Positions 10,120-20,576 of a stretch of 64,000 nt of DNA are shown one piece after another (the stretch's first letter is position 1; every line of letters begins with the position of its first letter). The notes beneath the pieces are model-generated. The model did not search any database. It was not told the origin of the DNA and saw only the letters and a list, made by a program, of their open reading frames with translations. Made by a program: the position numbers and the translations under genes. Source of the DNA: Methanomicrobiales archaeon (lineage in GTDB: Archaea > Halobacteriota > Methanomicrobia > Methanomicrobiales > JACTUA01); contig JARYLJ010000001.1 in NCBI GenBank assembly GCA_029907705.1, positions 14,454 through 78,453 of the forward strand, written 5' to 3'.

Positions 10120-10296
10120 GGTATTTCACTCTTTCGCGCTGCCGACCCCCGCCTGACGTTTCCCCCGGTCGTCTACCCTCGTCGCACCTGCATGACGGGA
10201 TGCCCGGGGCCTGCGGGTTCCCACCCCTCAGATCCCCTCACACGGCGGTGGGGTGTGATCCTGCACCCTGATCACCGTACATGGCACCTGAAGAGC

Positions 10297-11097
10297 TCAG
10301 AAAGATGTCGCATGATACCACCCCTCCTCGCTCTTCACGCTGACGGGCACCCCGAAGAGTGCGGAGATGTGCGCATCCTGCATGACCTCCTCCTTCGGGC
10401 CGTCCAGAACGAACCTTCCGCCCTTCATCAGGAGGACGCGGGTTACCTCCGGTATGATATCGTGGAGCTGATGGGTGGCGAGGATGATCCCGACCCCGGA
10501 TCCGGAGATCCGCCTGAGGGTACTCCTGAAGAGATGGATCCCCTGCAGGTCGAGGCCTGTCGTGGGTTCGTCCAGGAGGAGGAAGGACGGGCAATGGACG
10601 AGCGCCCTCCCGATGAGGAACCTCCTCGCCTCCCCGGCGGAGAGCCGGTCCATCCTCCTGTCTGCGAGGCCGCACACGCCGAGGAGCCGGATCAGCTCCT
10701 CCGCCCGTTCCTCCATTTCGGGCGTGATCCGGCGGTGGAAGAGGTCCGCACTGGAGAAGAAGCCCGAGAGGATCACCTCCCTCCCGGTGATCCCCCGGTG
10801 GAAGGAGGACTGCAGTTCGCCCGAGACGACCCCGAAATAACGCCTGAGATCCGCGACCATCCAGAGGTCGCTGCCCATCACACGGAAGATGGTGCCATCG
10901 CCTGCGGCTGGATAATACTCCCTGCTGATCGTCCGTATCAGGGTGGTCTTTCCCGATCCATTGGGGCCCAGTACGGCGATCCTCTCTCCCTCGTGGATCT
11001 GGAGCGATATTCGGTCAAGGAGTCTCCTGCCCCCCTTCACGACGCTTACGTTTTCGAATTCAAGGAACGGCGGCCTGCCGCTGCTATTTGCCGTCAT
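10297..11097 (-). CDS. ABC transporter ATP-binding protein (stand-alone ATPase)
   Basis: Walker A GPNGSGKTT, signature LSAGEARR, Walker B LLLLDEPTTGLD. ORF 10297..11394 is trimmed to ATG 11097 (MTANSSGRPPFLEFENVSVV) because the upstream part is not protein-like. Confidence 0.85.
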   Translation of the reverse strand: MTANSSGRPPFLEFENVSVVKGGRRLLDRISLQIHEGERIAVLGPNGSGKTTLIRTISREYYPAAGDGTIFRVMGSDLWMVADLRRYFGVVSGELQSSFHRGITGREVILSGFFSSADLFHRRITPEMEERAEELIRLLGVCGLADRRMDRLSAGEARRFLIGRALVHCPSFLLLDEPTTGLDLQGIHLFRSTLRRISGSGVGIILATHQLHDIIPEVTRVLLMKGGRFVLDGPKEEVMQDAHISALFGVPVSVKSEEGWYHATSF

Positions 11098-11720
11098 CCC
11101 CTCCACGCATGCCTCCCCATCGGATTCCCTGACGTTTTTTATCCTCAGCTGTTGAATGCGATGCGTTATCAGTGCTTCGGCAGATTGATCCCCTGCGGAT
11201 CGTTGGAATGCAGGGGTGGAGAGGCTTGTATTCCTGACGCATGGGCGCCCGTTTACCAGATCGTCGATCGGGGCAGGCGGCCATGGCGCCCATGGTGCGG
11301 AAGCCGCCGCGATCGATTCGCCGCTGCTGGACGCAGCGACCTTCGATCCCCGGCAGCAGGGAAGGCGGAAGAGTGCGGCAGAGGTGTTGGACAATGATAC
11401 TTTGGATCCTCGAGAACGGGACGGTGGCTCCTCTTCGGTGCATCGCTTCGATGTGTGAGAAGGAGGGGGCCTGCAACCCAGAAGAACAGGGTCTGGCTCT
11501 CTTTATATGTTTTTTCACTTTCACCCCTCCTCCGCCGGTACCTCATATATGCCCCCCTCCCACATCATGGGTGCCGGGCGGGATCGGACCAGCCTCTCCC
11601 GGCGATACCCTCCCTGGCAGGCAGGCCGGCGGAGGGTGTTCGAAGAGTGGTGCTGCCGGCCATGTGCGGACGGCAGCAGAGAGGTCCATGGCTGAGAAGA
11701 CTGGTTGGAGGGTGAAGAAG

Positions 11721-12224
11721 ATGGCAGATTTTGTCCAGACCGGGGTGACGAAGACCTCGGTGAGGGAGCTCGGATCGCCGATCGCGAACATCGCCGCGTT
11801 CGATGCGATCATCGGGCAGGTCCTTGCGGACAACCCGTTCGAGTGCGTCGACTACGAGGAGAACGGCGTGCTCGTTCCGGGTGTCGTGAGGGGAAGAGAG
11901 AGCTACACCGTGCGCGTCAATTACGAGGACGATGCAGGAAGGCGTGTGGGCACGATTACTGCACGGGCGCCGAACGTTGCCGGATTCAACGCCTGTGCCG
12001 CGGACATCATGGGGGATACAGATCTGGTGGCTGCCATGGGCGGGGATCCTGTCCGTGACAGTGAGCGTGAGTCGTACTCCTGTCAGCTCAGGTGCCACGA
12101 TCCGAACGGCGAGGACTATCTCGTCACGTTCTCGAGGAGGCGGGTCAGGATATCCTCTTACGAGGACGATGCGATTAGGGCGAGGGTCGAGACCTGGGCG
12201 GATACCGTGCCTGAACTCGCCTGA
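11721..12224 (+). CDS. hypothetical acidic cytosolic protein, no family recognised
   Basis: ATG 11721 is preceded by GGAGGGTGA (alternative ATG 11688). MADFVQTGVTKTSVRELGSP... has protein-like composition. The long ORF 11241..12224 is not protein-like upstream of here. Confidence 0.6.
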   Translation: MADFVQTGVTKTSVRELGSPIANIAAFDAIIGQVLADNPFECVDYEENGVLVPGVVRGRESYTVRVNYEDDAGRRVGTITARAPNVAGFNACAADIMGDTDLVAAMGGDPVRDSERESYSCQLRCHDPNGEDYLVTFSRRRVRISSYEDDAIRARVETWADTVPELA

Positions 12225-12369
12225 CCGCGGATTTCACGCGGTGCAGGGGCAGATGCATCGCAGGGAGAGATGGTGATGCCCCCCATGCAGACGGGGGGTG
12301 CGGTCTCGTGTAAAGAACGTATCGACAATGGAGGGGTACTGACCCTTCCACACCTTCGGGAGGAGGGAG

Positions 12370-12498
12370 ATGGACAACGAGATACTCATCGTCCTCATAT
12401 TCGTGGGCGGAGGGGTGCTGTCGTATGTGCTGGTACCCGGGCTGATCGTCATCTGGGACCGGGTGCTGGACTACGTCAGCGGGAAGAACGACCGGTGA
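12370..12498 (+). CDS. possible 42-aa single-pass membrane peptide
   Basis: Not in the ORF track (<60 aa). GGGAGGAGGGAG precedes the ATG. MDNEILIVLIFVGGGVLSYVLVPGLIVIWDRVLDYVSGKNDR has a clear TM helix. T-rich tracts follow the stop. Confidence 0.4.
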   Translation: MDNEILIVLIFVGGGVLSYVLVPGLIVIWDRVLDYVSGKNDR

Positions 12499-12818
12499 AG
12501 GTATCACCGGTTCTTTCTTCGTCATTCTATCGTTTTTAAGTCCTCGATTCATGCAGGTGCACCGGGGTTCCCCTGTCTTTCATTTTCCCGAGCACAGGTA
12601 TGTATCATAACCCCGGATAACAATACAGGCGAATATCGGGGATATGCGATATCGTTCGCATGTTTGCGGCCAGATCGGACATGATGATCGCATGCATGCA
12701 TTTTCCGGATGAGGGACGCACCATATCCCTGTCATGTTTTCGGCAGGTCTACGCGATCGCAAAGTTCAATCCTGGACAGAGAGGGGGGAGTCGCAGTCGG
12801 GGGCGCCGGCGGCGAGAC

Positions 12819-13757
12819 CTATGCGGATCGATGGTGCTCCCTGAACCATGCGATCGTCTCGCGAAGCCCCTCCTCGAGGGTGTATGCAGGGGAAAAACCC
12901 AGTTCCCTCGCTGCACGGGAGATATCCGCCACGGAATGGCGGACATCCCCCTCCCTTGGCGGTCCATGGTGGGGTTTTACCCGCGCGGAGGTCAGCTGCC
13001 TGATGGTGTGGAGCAGCTCCAGGATGCTGGTCGCCCGGCCTGATCCGATGTTGAAGGTCCCTTCGCTCCTGCTCCTCATCGCAAGCAGGTTCGCGGCGAC
13101 CACGTCCTTCACGTAGACGAAGTCCCTCGTCTGGAGGCCGTCGCCGTGAACGACCGGCCTTTCGCCTGCGAGGAGACGCCCGATGAAGGCGGGGATCACG
13201 GCAGCATACATCGAGGAGGGATCCTGTTCGGGACCAAAGACATTGAAGTACCGGAGCGAGACGGTGGAGAGGCCATAGAGAGAGGAGAAGAGGCGGCAGT
13301 ACTGCTCTCCGCCCACCTTCGTCACCGCGTACGGTGATGCAGGGAGGGGTTCGAGCGCCTCGTGGAGTGGGAGGTCTTCGCTCTCCCCGTACACCGCGGA
13401 GGATGAGGCGAACACAAACCTCTCCACACCGCTCTCCCTCGCTGCTATCAGCGCGTTGAGCGTCCCCGTCAGGTTCACCTCGTGGGAGAGGAGCGGTTGT
13501 GCCACTGAACGGGGAACGGAGACGAGCGCCGCCAGATGGAAGATGCCATCCACCCCCTCGAACGCCCTCGCAAGCAGCGATCGATCGGTCACACTGCCCT
13601 TGAAGAGGGTGAGTGCCCCGGATGCGTGGAGCCGCTCGATCCGGCTCTTTTTGCCGGAGGAGAGGTCGTCCACGATCACCACCTCGTGCGCGGGGAGCAG
13701 CGCCCTGGCGAGGTGGGAGCCGATGAAACCTGCACCGCCCGTGACCGCATAGCGCAT
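12819..13757 (-). CDS. NAD-dependent nucleotide-sugar epimerase/dehydratase (UDP-Glc/GlcNAc 4-epimerase-like SDR)
   Basis: MRYAVTGGAGFIGSHL...SSSAVYG...YAVTK (YxxxK). ORF trimmed to ATG 13757. Confidence 0.85.
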   Translation of the reverse strand: MRYAVTGGAGFIGSHLARALLPAHEVVIVDDLSSGKKSRIERLHASGALTLFKGSVTDRSLLARAFEGVDGIFHLAALVSVPRSVAQPLLSHEVNLTGTLNALIAARESGVERFVFASSSAVYGESEDLPLHEALEPLPASPYAVTKVGGEQYCRLFSSLYGLSTVSLRYFNVFGPEQDPSSMYAAVIPAFIGRLLAGERPVVHGDGLQTRDFVYVKDVVAANLLAMRSRSEGTFNIGSGRATSILELLHTIRQLTSARVKPHHGPPREGDVRHSVADISRAARELGFSPAYTLEEGLRETIAWFREHHRSA

Positions 13758-13827
13758 GGGATCTGCTTTGCCATCATTCGAGAAAAAACTGGCAGAAACG
13801 GTGCAGCGTACTGCTCTGCAGTTCAAA

Positions 13828-15570
13828 TCACTCGACAGTGACGCTCTTTGCCAGGTTGCGCGGCTGATCTATCTCCCTCCCGAGGAGGGACGCCGTATGG
13901 TAGGCGAGGAGCTGGAGGACGACCGTCACCTGCAGGAGCTTGTGGAAGGCATGCGTGCAGGGGATCGGGATGAAGATGTCGGCCACGTTCCGCGGGTCCG
14001 GATCCTTCCCCTCTCCGATCGCGATGAGCGGGGCCCCACGTGCCTTCACCTCCTTCATCGAGGAGAGCATCGCCTCGCGCGTATCGTCGCAGGTGCAGAT
14101 CGCCACGACCGGCGTCTCCGGCGTGAGGAGGGCGAGAGGGCCATGTTTCAGCTCCCCTGCCGCGTACGCCTCCGCATGTATGTACGAGATCTCCTTCATC
14201 TTCAGCGCCCCCTCCATCGCCGCCGGATAGTAGAGCCCCCTTCCGATGAAGAAGAGGGAGCGTGCACCAGAACAGAGCTCTGCCGCCTGCGTGTAATCCT
14301 GGTGGAGGGCCCTCTCCAGTGCACGGTGGGCGCCCATCAGCGCCCTCTCCGTCTCCGCATCCCCGGCAAGCGATGCGGCGATCGCCATGAAGACCCCCAG
14401 CTGTGCGATATATGACTTGGTCGCCGCCACCCCGATCTCGGGACCGGCGCGGGTGAATATCACGTGGTCTGCGATCCTCGTGATGCTGCTCCCCTGCACG
14501 TTCGTGATCGCGATCGTCTCGCAGTTCATCGCCTCTGCATGCTCCAGTGCCGCGATGGTGTCGGCGGTCTCGCCCGACTGCGAGATGGCGATTGCCGTGT
14601 TCCCCATGGCGATGGGGGAGTACCTGAATTCGGATGCGAGTTCCACCCTCACGGGCATCCTGCACATCCCCTCGAGGAGCTGCCTGCCCACGAGGCCGGC
14701 GTGGTACGAGGAGCCGCAGGCGAGGATCGTCAGCTCCCTCCTCCCCCTGAAGAGAGAGAGAATCGCACTCCGATCGAGCGACTTCAGGGTCTCGAAGAAC
14801 GCGATCGGCTGCTCGAAGATCTCCTTCTGCATGAAATGCCGGTAACCGCCCTTCCTCGCCTGCTCCCGCTGCCAGCTGATCCTCTCAATCGGTCGCGTCA
14901 CAGGCCCGCCATCGCTGACGATGGAGACCCCATCGGGGGCGAGGATGGCGATATCCCCGTCATCCAGGAAGACCACCTTCCCTGTGTACTCCAGCAGCGG
15001 GACCACGTCCGATGCAGCGAGTGTCTCCCGATCCCCCAGCCCGAGCACCAGCGGGCTCTTCTGCCGGGCGGCGAGTATGCGGTCCTCGCCGCTCACCATG
15101 ACCAGGAGTGCATAGGTCCCCTCGAGCCGGCGGAGCGAATCCCTCAGAGCGGCGAGGGAGTCGCCCCTGCCATACTCCTCCATGAGGTGGGCGATCACCT
15201 CCGTGTCGGTCTCGGAGGTGAACCGGTGTCCCCTCGCGAGCAGCTCCTCCTTCAGCGCCGCGTAATTCGTGATGATGCCGTTGTGCACCACCGCGATCCG
15301 CCCATGGCAGTCCGTGTGCGGATGTGCGTTCGGATCGCTCGGTTCGCCGTGGGTGGCCCATCGCGTGTGCCCGATCCCGATCCGCCCCTCCAGTGCATCC
15401 ACCTGGTGGATCCCTTCGGAGATCTTTCCCCTTTTCTTCAGGATCTGGATATCGCCGCCCATGGTGGCGAGGCCAAAGGAGTCGTAGCCACGGTACTCCA
15501 GCGCCTTCAGCCCCCCCACGAGGACGGGTGCCGCCTCCCTGTGACCGATATAACCGATGATCCCGCACAT
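13828..15570 (-). CDS. glmS: glutamine--fructose-6-phosphate aminotransferase (isomerising)
   Basis: 580 aa with N-terminal MCGIIGY (Ntn Cys), two SIS domains and C-terminal ...LAKSVTVE. Confidence 0.95.
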   Translation of the reverse strand: MCGIIGYIGHREAAPVLVGGLKALEYRGYDSFGLATMGGDIQILKKRGKISEGIHQVDALEGRIGIGHTRWATHGEPSDPNAHPHTDCHGRIAVVHNGIITNYAALKEELLARGHRFTSETDTEVIAHLMEEYGRGDSLAALRDSLRRLEGTYALLVMVSGEDRILAARQKSPLVLGLGDRETLAASDVVPLLEYTGKVVFLDDGDIAILAPDGVSIVSDGGPVTRPIERISWQREQARKGGYRHFMQKEIFEQPIAFFETLKSLDRSAILSLFRGRRELTILACGSSYHAGLVGRQLLEGMCRMPVRVELASEFRYSPIAMGNTAIAISQSGETADTIAALEHAEAMNCETIAITNVQGSSITRIADHVIFTRAGPEIGVAATKSYIAQLGVFMAIAASLAGDAETERALMGAHRALERALHQDYTQAAELCSGARSLFFIGRGLYYPAAMEGALKMKEISYIHAEAYAAGELKHGPLALLTPETPVVAICTCDDTREAMLSSMKEVKARGAPLIAIGEGKDPDPRNVADIFIPIPCTHAFHKLLQVTVVLQLLAYHTASLLGREIDQPRNLAKSVTVE

Positions 15571-15572
15571 CT

Positions 15573-16724
15573 CTACATCACACAGGAATTGTCGGGCAGT
15601 GTGCCCCGGATCGTCCTGCCCTCCTCGATGGTGACATCGTTGCCCACGATGCAGTTCTTCAGCACGGTGAAGGGGGCGATATCCACATGGTCCCCCACGA
15701 TCGCGCCGAACTCCGCCTCCCAGTGCGTATCCCCGATCCGGAAGGGGGATCTGGCGATCACGGTGCTCACATGCTTCTCCAGTGTGCAGCCCTCCCCGAT
15801 CACCGCAGAGACAATCGAGCAGTGGGAACCGACGGTGACGTCATCCATCACGATCGAATCCGACACCAGCGCGTGCGGTTCGATCGTCACCCTCGATCCG
15901 ATGCTCGTGTTCGGCATGACCGTCACGTTCGGCCCTATCCTCGCATCCTTGCCGATGACGCAGGGGCCCACGATCGTGGTGGACGGGTGAATGACGCTTC
16001 CCTTGCCGATCGCCACATGGTTCCGGATCGTGGCGCCCCTCTCGATCGTCCCGGCACGCAGGCTCTTCGTCCTCTGGAGGAGGAGGGCGTTCATCCTCAG
16101 CAGATCCCAGGGCACCAGGGCGTCGTGCCACTGCTCCGCCTCGATCGCCCTGATCTCGATCCCCCTCGCGATCATCTCCATCAGCGCGTCAGGTATCTCG
16201 GTCGTGAACATGCAGTCGAAGAAGGAGGGGGTGAGCGAGAGGATGCCGGTGCTGACGGTCTGCTCGGTGGGGATTGTCGGCTTCTCCCGGATCCCCACCA
16301 CCTTGCCGTCCCTGATCCGGACGACGCCGAAGTTGGATGGATGGGCGTGCTCCTTCACCAGCATCGCGTTCCTCTCCCCCTTGATCTTCGCGATGGAGGC
16401 GGCATCGATCCAGTTGTCCCCGGGCAGGACGAGGAAATCCCCGTGTATCCTGTCCCTCGCACAGGCGAGTGCATGCGCGGTTCCGAGCTGCCTCTCCTGG
16501 ATCACCACATCCACCTCGAGTTCGAGCCTGCCCAGATAGTCCAGCACCTGCTCGGAGCGGTATCCGGCGACCACGACGATCTCCCTGATGCCGTTCTTCA
16601 AGAGCGCATCCAGGGTGGAGGCGAGAATCGGCCGGTTGCCCACCCGGATCATCGCCTTCGGCCGGTTCTTCGTCAGGGGCCTCAGGCGGCTCCCCTCACC
16701 GCCGGCGAGCACGACTGCCTGCAT
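15573..16724 (-). CDS. bifunctional sugar-1-phosphate nucleotidyltransferase / hexapeptide acetyltransferase (GlmU-like paralogue)
   Basis: MQAVVLAGGEGSRLRPLT nucleotidyltransferase motif plus C-terminal left-handed beta-helix repeats. Confidence 0.85.
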   Translation of the reverse strand: MQAVVLAGGEGSRLRPLTKNRPKAMIRVGNRPILASTLDALLKNGIREIVVVAGYRSEQVLDYLGRLELEVDVVIQERQLGTAHALACARDRIHGDFLVLPGDNWIDAASIAKIKGERNAMLVKEHAHPSNFGVVRIRDGKVVGIREKPTIPTEQTVSTGILSLTPSFFDCMFTTEIPDALMEMIARGIEIRAIEAEQWHDALVPWDLLRMNALLLQRTKSLRAGTIERGATIRNHVAIGKGSVIHPSTTIVGPCVIGKDARIGPNVTVMPNTSIGSRVTIEPHALVSDSIVMDDVTVGSHCSIVSAVIGEGCTLEKHVSTVIARSPFRIGDTHWEAEFGAIVGDHVDIAPFTVLKNCIVGNDVTIEEGRTIRGTLPDNSCVM

Positions 16725-17924
16725 CTACCTCACCACGCTCCCCTCGCCGTATGTCCCCTCAATGATCGCCCCGGGCGCGGCGATGGTCCCGGAGCCGAGG
16801 ACGCTGCCCGCATTCACCGAGCAGTTGATCCCGAGCTTCACATCATCGCCTATGATGGCCCCGAACTTCACCTTTCCGGTGCTCTTCCCGCCGGCGAGCA
16901 CCTCCCTCCGGTCGTGCCTCAGGTTCGCGATCTTCGTTCCTGCACCGAGATTGCACCTTCTGCCGATGACCGAGTCCCCCGCGTAGTTGAAGTGAGGGAG
17001 CTTCGTCCCTGCCATCAGTATGGTATTCTTCAGCTCTGTGCAGTGACCCACGTGGCAGCCGTCGCCGATGGATGTGGAACCGCGTATATAGGCGTGCGGC
17101 CCCACCACACAGTCGTTCCCGATGATACAGGGGCCCTCGATGTAGGTCCCCGATCGGATCGTGCTTTCCCTCCCGATGCTCACCCGCCCCTTCAGGACGA
17201 CGCCCTCCTCCACCACCCCTTCTCTCACGGACCTGAGCTCTGCCAGCGCTTCCGCATTCGCGTCCAGGAGATCCCATGGGTGGCCGATGTCCCGCCAGTA
17301 CGAAAGGGCGAATGCAGCGAGTCCCCTCTCCCGGATGTAATGGAGAAGGGCGTCCGTCAGCTCGAGCTCTCCGCGGGGCGAGGGCGTCAGCGAGGAGAGG
17401 ATCGGAACGATATCTGCCCCGAGGAGATATACGCCCGCATTCACGAGCTGGGTGGATGGGGCCGCCTCCTTCTCTCTGAGCGAGGTCACATGGCCACCCT
17501 CCACCTCCACTGCGCCGTAGTCCCATGGGTGGTCGGAGCGCGCAGTCGCGAGCACCGGTGGTTCTGCCGCGAGCATCGCCCTGAGATCCTCTGCCCGCAG
17601 GAGGGCGTCCCCGTTCAGGAGGAGGAATGGATCCTCCAGCAGATGGGAGGCGGCGAGGAGTGCATCCGCGGTGCCCCGCTGTTTCCGCTGGGGGGCATAG
17701 CTGATCGAAAGGCCGAAGGCGGAGCCGTCTTTGAAATGCTCCCTCACGCTCTCCTCCCCGTAACCGACGACGAGGACGATCTCCTCGCAGCCGGCATCCC
17801 TCGCCTGGCTCAATACGTGTTCGAGTATGGGTACATTCGCGATCGGGAGCATCACCTTCGGCAGGTGCGATGTGAGGGGGCGCATCCTCCTCCCCTCTCC
17901 GGCGGCTAGGATCACGGCCTGCAT
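16725..17924 (-). CDS. bifunctional UDP-GlcNAc pyrophosphorylase / GlcN-1-P acetyltransferase-like protein (GlmU-like paralogue)
   Basis: MQAVILAAGEGRRMRPLT plus a C-terminal hexapeptide-repeat domain. Directly abuts the downstream paralogue. Confidence 0.85.
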   Translation of the reverse strand: MQAVILAAGEGRRMRPLTSHLPKVMLPIANVPILEHVLSQARDAGCEEIVLVVGYGEESVREHFKDGSAFGLSISYAPQRKQRGTADALLAASHLLEDPFLLLNGDALLRAEDLRAMLAAEPPVLATARSDHPWDYGAVEVEGGHVTSLREKEAAPSTQLVNAGVYLLGADIVPILSSLTPSPRGELELTDALLHYIRERGLAAFALSYWRDIGHPWDLLDANAEALAELRSVREGVVEEGVVLKGRVSIGRESTIRSGTYIEGPCIIGNDCVVGPHAYIRGSTSIGDGCHVGHCTELKNTILMAGTKLPHFNYAGDSVIGRRCNLGAGTKIANLRHDRREVLAGGKSTGKVKFGAIIGDDVKLGINCSVNAGSVLGSGTIAAPGAIIEGTYGEGSVVR

Positions 17925-18185
17925 CTCTCCTGAGATGGTCCCGGGGAATGATCAGGTTTTCCATCGGATTTGCCCTCCATCGGAGACGATTCGGACGATC
18001 GCACGACTCTGCCCTGACGGTGTGGCTGCCATGAAGTGCATCGCAGGTGAAACCCTGCCGGGTCATCGATCGGTGGTGTCGTTTCGGCCATAGAGAGGTG
18101 CATCATCGTTAACGATATGCAGGCCGGATGAAAAGTACAGGTAGGGATGCGCATGGCCACGGTCAGCCGCCACAGCGGGAGGAGC

Positions 18186-18416
18186 ATGGGAGAGGCGGTC
18201 GTGATACGGGATGTGGACAAGCAGATGGAGGGGATCGCGGCGGAATACCGGTACATCGCGGAACGATTCGGAGAGCAGGGGAAGGACTGGCGCCTGGCGA
18301 AGTGCATGCACGAGGAGCACGACGAGAGGCACTATGATATCCTCACCATCGAACTGGCAGGCGGAAAAAGGGAGGTGGTTTACTTCGATGTCACCTTCTT
18401 CTACGACTCCGAATGA
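18186..18416 (+). CDS. small hypothetical protein (76 aa)
   Basis: ORF 18147..18416. ATG 18186 is preceded by the strong RBS GGGAGGAGC. MGEAVVIRDVDKQMEGIAAEYRYIAERFGEQGKDW...VVYFDVTFFYDSE. No family recognised. Confidence 0.55.
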   Translation: MGEAVVIRDVDKQMEGIAAEYRYIAERFGEQGKDWRLAKCMHEEHDERHYDILTIELAGGKREVVYFDVTFFYDSE

Positions 18417-18520
18417 GCGCCGGCGTGCAATGCAGGTCAGGATGACAGAAAAGAGGGGCTGTATCGGGGTGGTGCTCGCACGGTACTGCATGACCGGATG
18501 ATCCCAAAGGTGGGGACGAG

Positions 18521-19495
18521 ATGAGCGAGGAGATCATCCGTGTGGATCACCTCTCCCACTCGTTCGGGGATTTCTCGGCGGTCGACGACATCAGCTTCTC
18601 CGTAAAAAGGGGCGAAATATTCTCGTTCCTGGGACCGAACGGGGCAGGAAAGAGCACGACCATCAATGTGCTCACCACCCTGCTGCCCCTCCAGAAGGGT
18701 CAGGTCGAGGTGGCCGGATTTGATGTAACCGCAGATCCGGCCGGGGTGAGATCCGTGATCGGGATCGTCTTTCAGGAGGTGACCCTCGACAGGGACATGA
18801 CCGCATGGGAGATACTGGAGTTCCACGGAAGGATATACGGGATGCCGAAGCAGGAGCGGCGCGAGAAGATCGACGAGCTCCTCGCGCTCGTGGAGCTGGA
18901 GCAGAAGAGGGACACCCTCACGAAGCACCTCTCGGGGGGGATGAAAAGAAGGCTGGAGATCGCGAGGGGTCTGATGACCGCCCCCGAGGTGCTCTTCCTG
19001 GACGAACCCACCATCGGCCTCGACCCCCAGACGAGGCTGAAGATATGGGAGTACATCAGGGCGATAAACAGGAACGGCACGACGATCTTCCTCACCACCC
19101 ACTACATGGACGAGGCGGACCAGCTGAGCGGCAGGATAGGCATCATCGACCGCGGTAAGATCGTGGCGGAAGGCTCGCCCTGGGAGCTGAAGAATGCACT
19201 GGGCGAGGATATCGTGTACCTCGAGACCAGCGAACAGGGCAGAACCATCGAAAAACTGGGGGAGATGGCATGCGTCAGGGGAATACAACCCAAGGGGAAG
19301 GGTCTGCTCGTGATGATCGATCGCGATGGGACGAAGGCGCTCCCTGTGATGATGAGGAGGCTGCTCCACAACGGCATCATGATTAACACTGTTAACTTGA
19401 AGAAACCATCGATGGACGATGTATTCGTGCACCACACAGGCAGGGAGATCAGGGAGAGCGAAAGGCCGGTGAACACGGCAGCGAGGAGGCGGTAG
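18521..19495 (+). CDS. ABC transporter ATP-binding protein (ABC-2/DrrA-type exporter subunit)
   Basis: Walker A GPNGAGKST, signature LSGGMKRRLEIA, Walker B LFLDEPTIGLD. Confidence 0.9.
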   Translation: MSEEIIRVDHLSHSFGDFSAVDDISFSVKRGEIFSFLGPNGAGKSTTINVLTTLLPLQKGQVEVAGFDVTADPAGVRSVIGIVFQEVTLDRDMTAWEILEFHGRIYGMPKQERREKIDELLALVELEQKRDTLTKHLSGGMKRRLEIARGLMTAPEVLFLDEPTIGLDPQTRLKIWEYIRAINRNGTTIFLTTHYMDEADQLSGRIGIIDRGKIVAEGSPWELKNALGEDIVYLETSEQGRTIEKLGEMACVRGIQPKGKGLLVMIDRDGTKALPVMMRRLLHNGIMINTVNLKKPSMDDVFVHHTGREIRESERPVNTAARRR

Positions 19496-19496
19496 C

Positions 19497-20393
19497 ATGG
19501 CAGCAGTGGGTAGAGCAGAGAGAACGGGAGATGGGGGCACAGAGAGGGGGGCGGTCGTCAAATTCGGATTTCTGACGATCTACTGGCGTGACATGCTCCG
19601 TTTCTTCAGGTTCAGGACGCTCCTCGTCTCCTCCCTGGTTCAGCCGGCGCTGTGGCTCGCGTTCTTCGGCATTGCGATGTCCAGCAACTTCGACCGCTTC
19701 TCCGCCTCCCTGCCTCTGCCACCGGATGCGAACGTGGTCAGCTACCTCACCTTCCTCTGCGCCGGGGTGATCGCGATGACCACACTCTTCACCAGCCTGT
19801 ACGGCGGAATCGTCTTCCTCTTCGACAAGAACTGGGGCCTCATGCGGGAGATACTGGCAAGTCCGCTCCCGAGGGAGAGCATCATCGTCGGCGTCGGCCT
19901 CTCGGGGATGACGAAGTCCTTCATCCAGGCGGGGATCATCGCCTGTATCGGCATCCTGCTCGGCGTGAGGTTCTTTGCGGGTTACACGGTGCCGGAGCTG
20001 ATTACAGGCGTAATAGGGCTTTTCGCGTTCGTCGCGGCATTCTCCCTCGGTTTCCTCTTCCTCTCCAGCGCAATCGCGATCAGCATGGAGTCCCCCGAAG
20101 GGCTGCAGGGGATCATCACCCTCCTCACGATGCCGATCTTCTTCGCGTCCAATGCACTCTATCCGATCGATGCGTTCCCGGAGGTGCTCCGAATGTTCTC
20201 CGCAGGAAACCCACTCACCCATATGGTCACCGGTATCAGGTACTTCGCGATCGGCGGGGATTTCTATGCGCTCGGGGTGCACTACACCTACACGGTGCAG
20301 GAGGTGGCAACCTCCTTCGGTATCCTGGTCTTCTTCGCCGCCCTCATGTTCCTCCTCGCATGGTGGCGTTTCAGGAAGGCGGTGGCGACGTGA
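19497..20393 (+). CDS. ABC-2 type transporter permease
   Basis: About 6 TM segments. Starts 2 nt after the ATPase stop. Start codon uncertain (an internal Met is possible). Confidence 0.8.
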   Translation: MAAVGRAERTGDGGTERGAVVKFGFLTIYWRDMLRFFRFRTLLVSSLVQPALWLAFFGIAMSSNFDRFSASLPLPPDANVVSYLTFLCAGVIAMTTLFTSLYGGIVFLFDKNWGLMREILASPLPRESIIVGVGLSGMTKSFIQAGIIACIGILLGVRFFAGYTVPELITGVIGLFAFVAAFSLGFLFLSSAIAISMESPEGLQGIITLLTMPIFFASNALYPIDAFPEVLRMFSAGNPLTHMVTGIRYFAIGGDFYALGVHYTYTVQEVATSFGILVFFAALMFLLAWWRFRKAVAT

Positions 20394-20576
20394 ATGAAAC
20401 CTCTGCGATATGCGTGCACGTTCGGGGAGGCATGACCCGCGGGAGGCGCATGGCGGAGGGCCAGAGCACAGGAATCGGAGTGCCGCAGAGCCCCCCGGAG
20501 CGTACGGGGAGCATGTGATGATCTGAGGGAGGGTCGGGGGAACTGAGACAGGAAGATCGGCAGTATCTTAGAAAAA

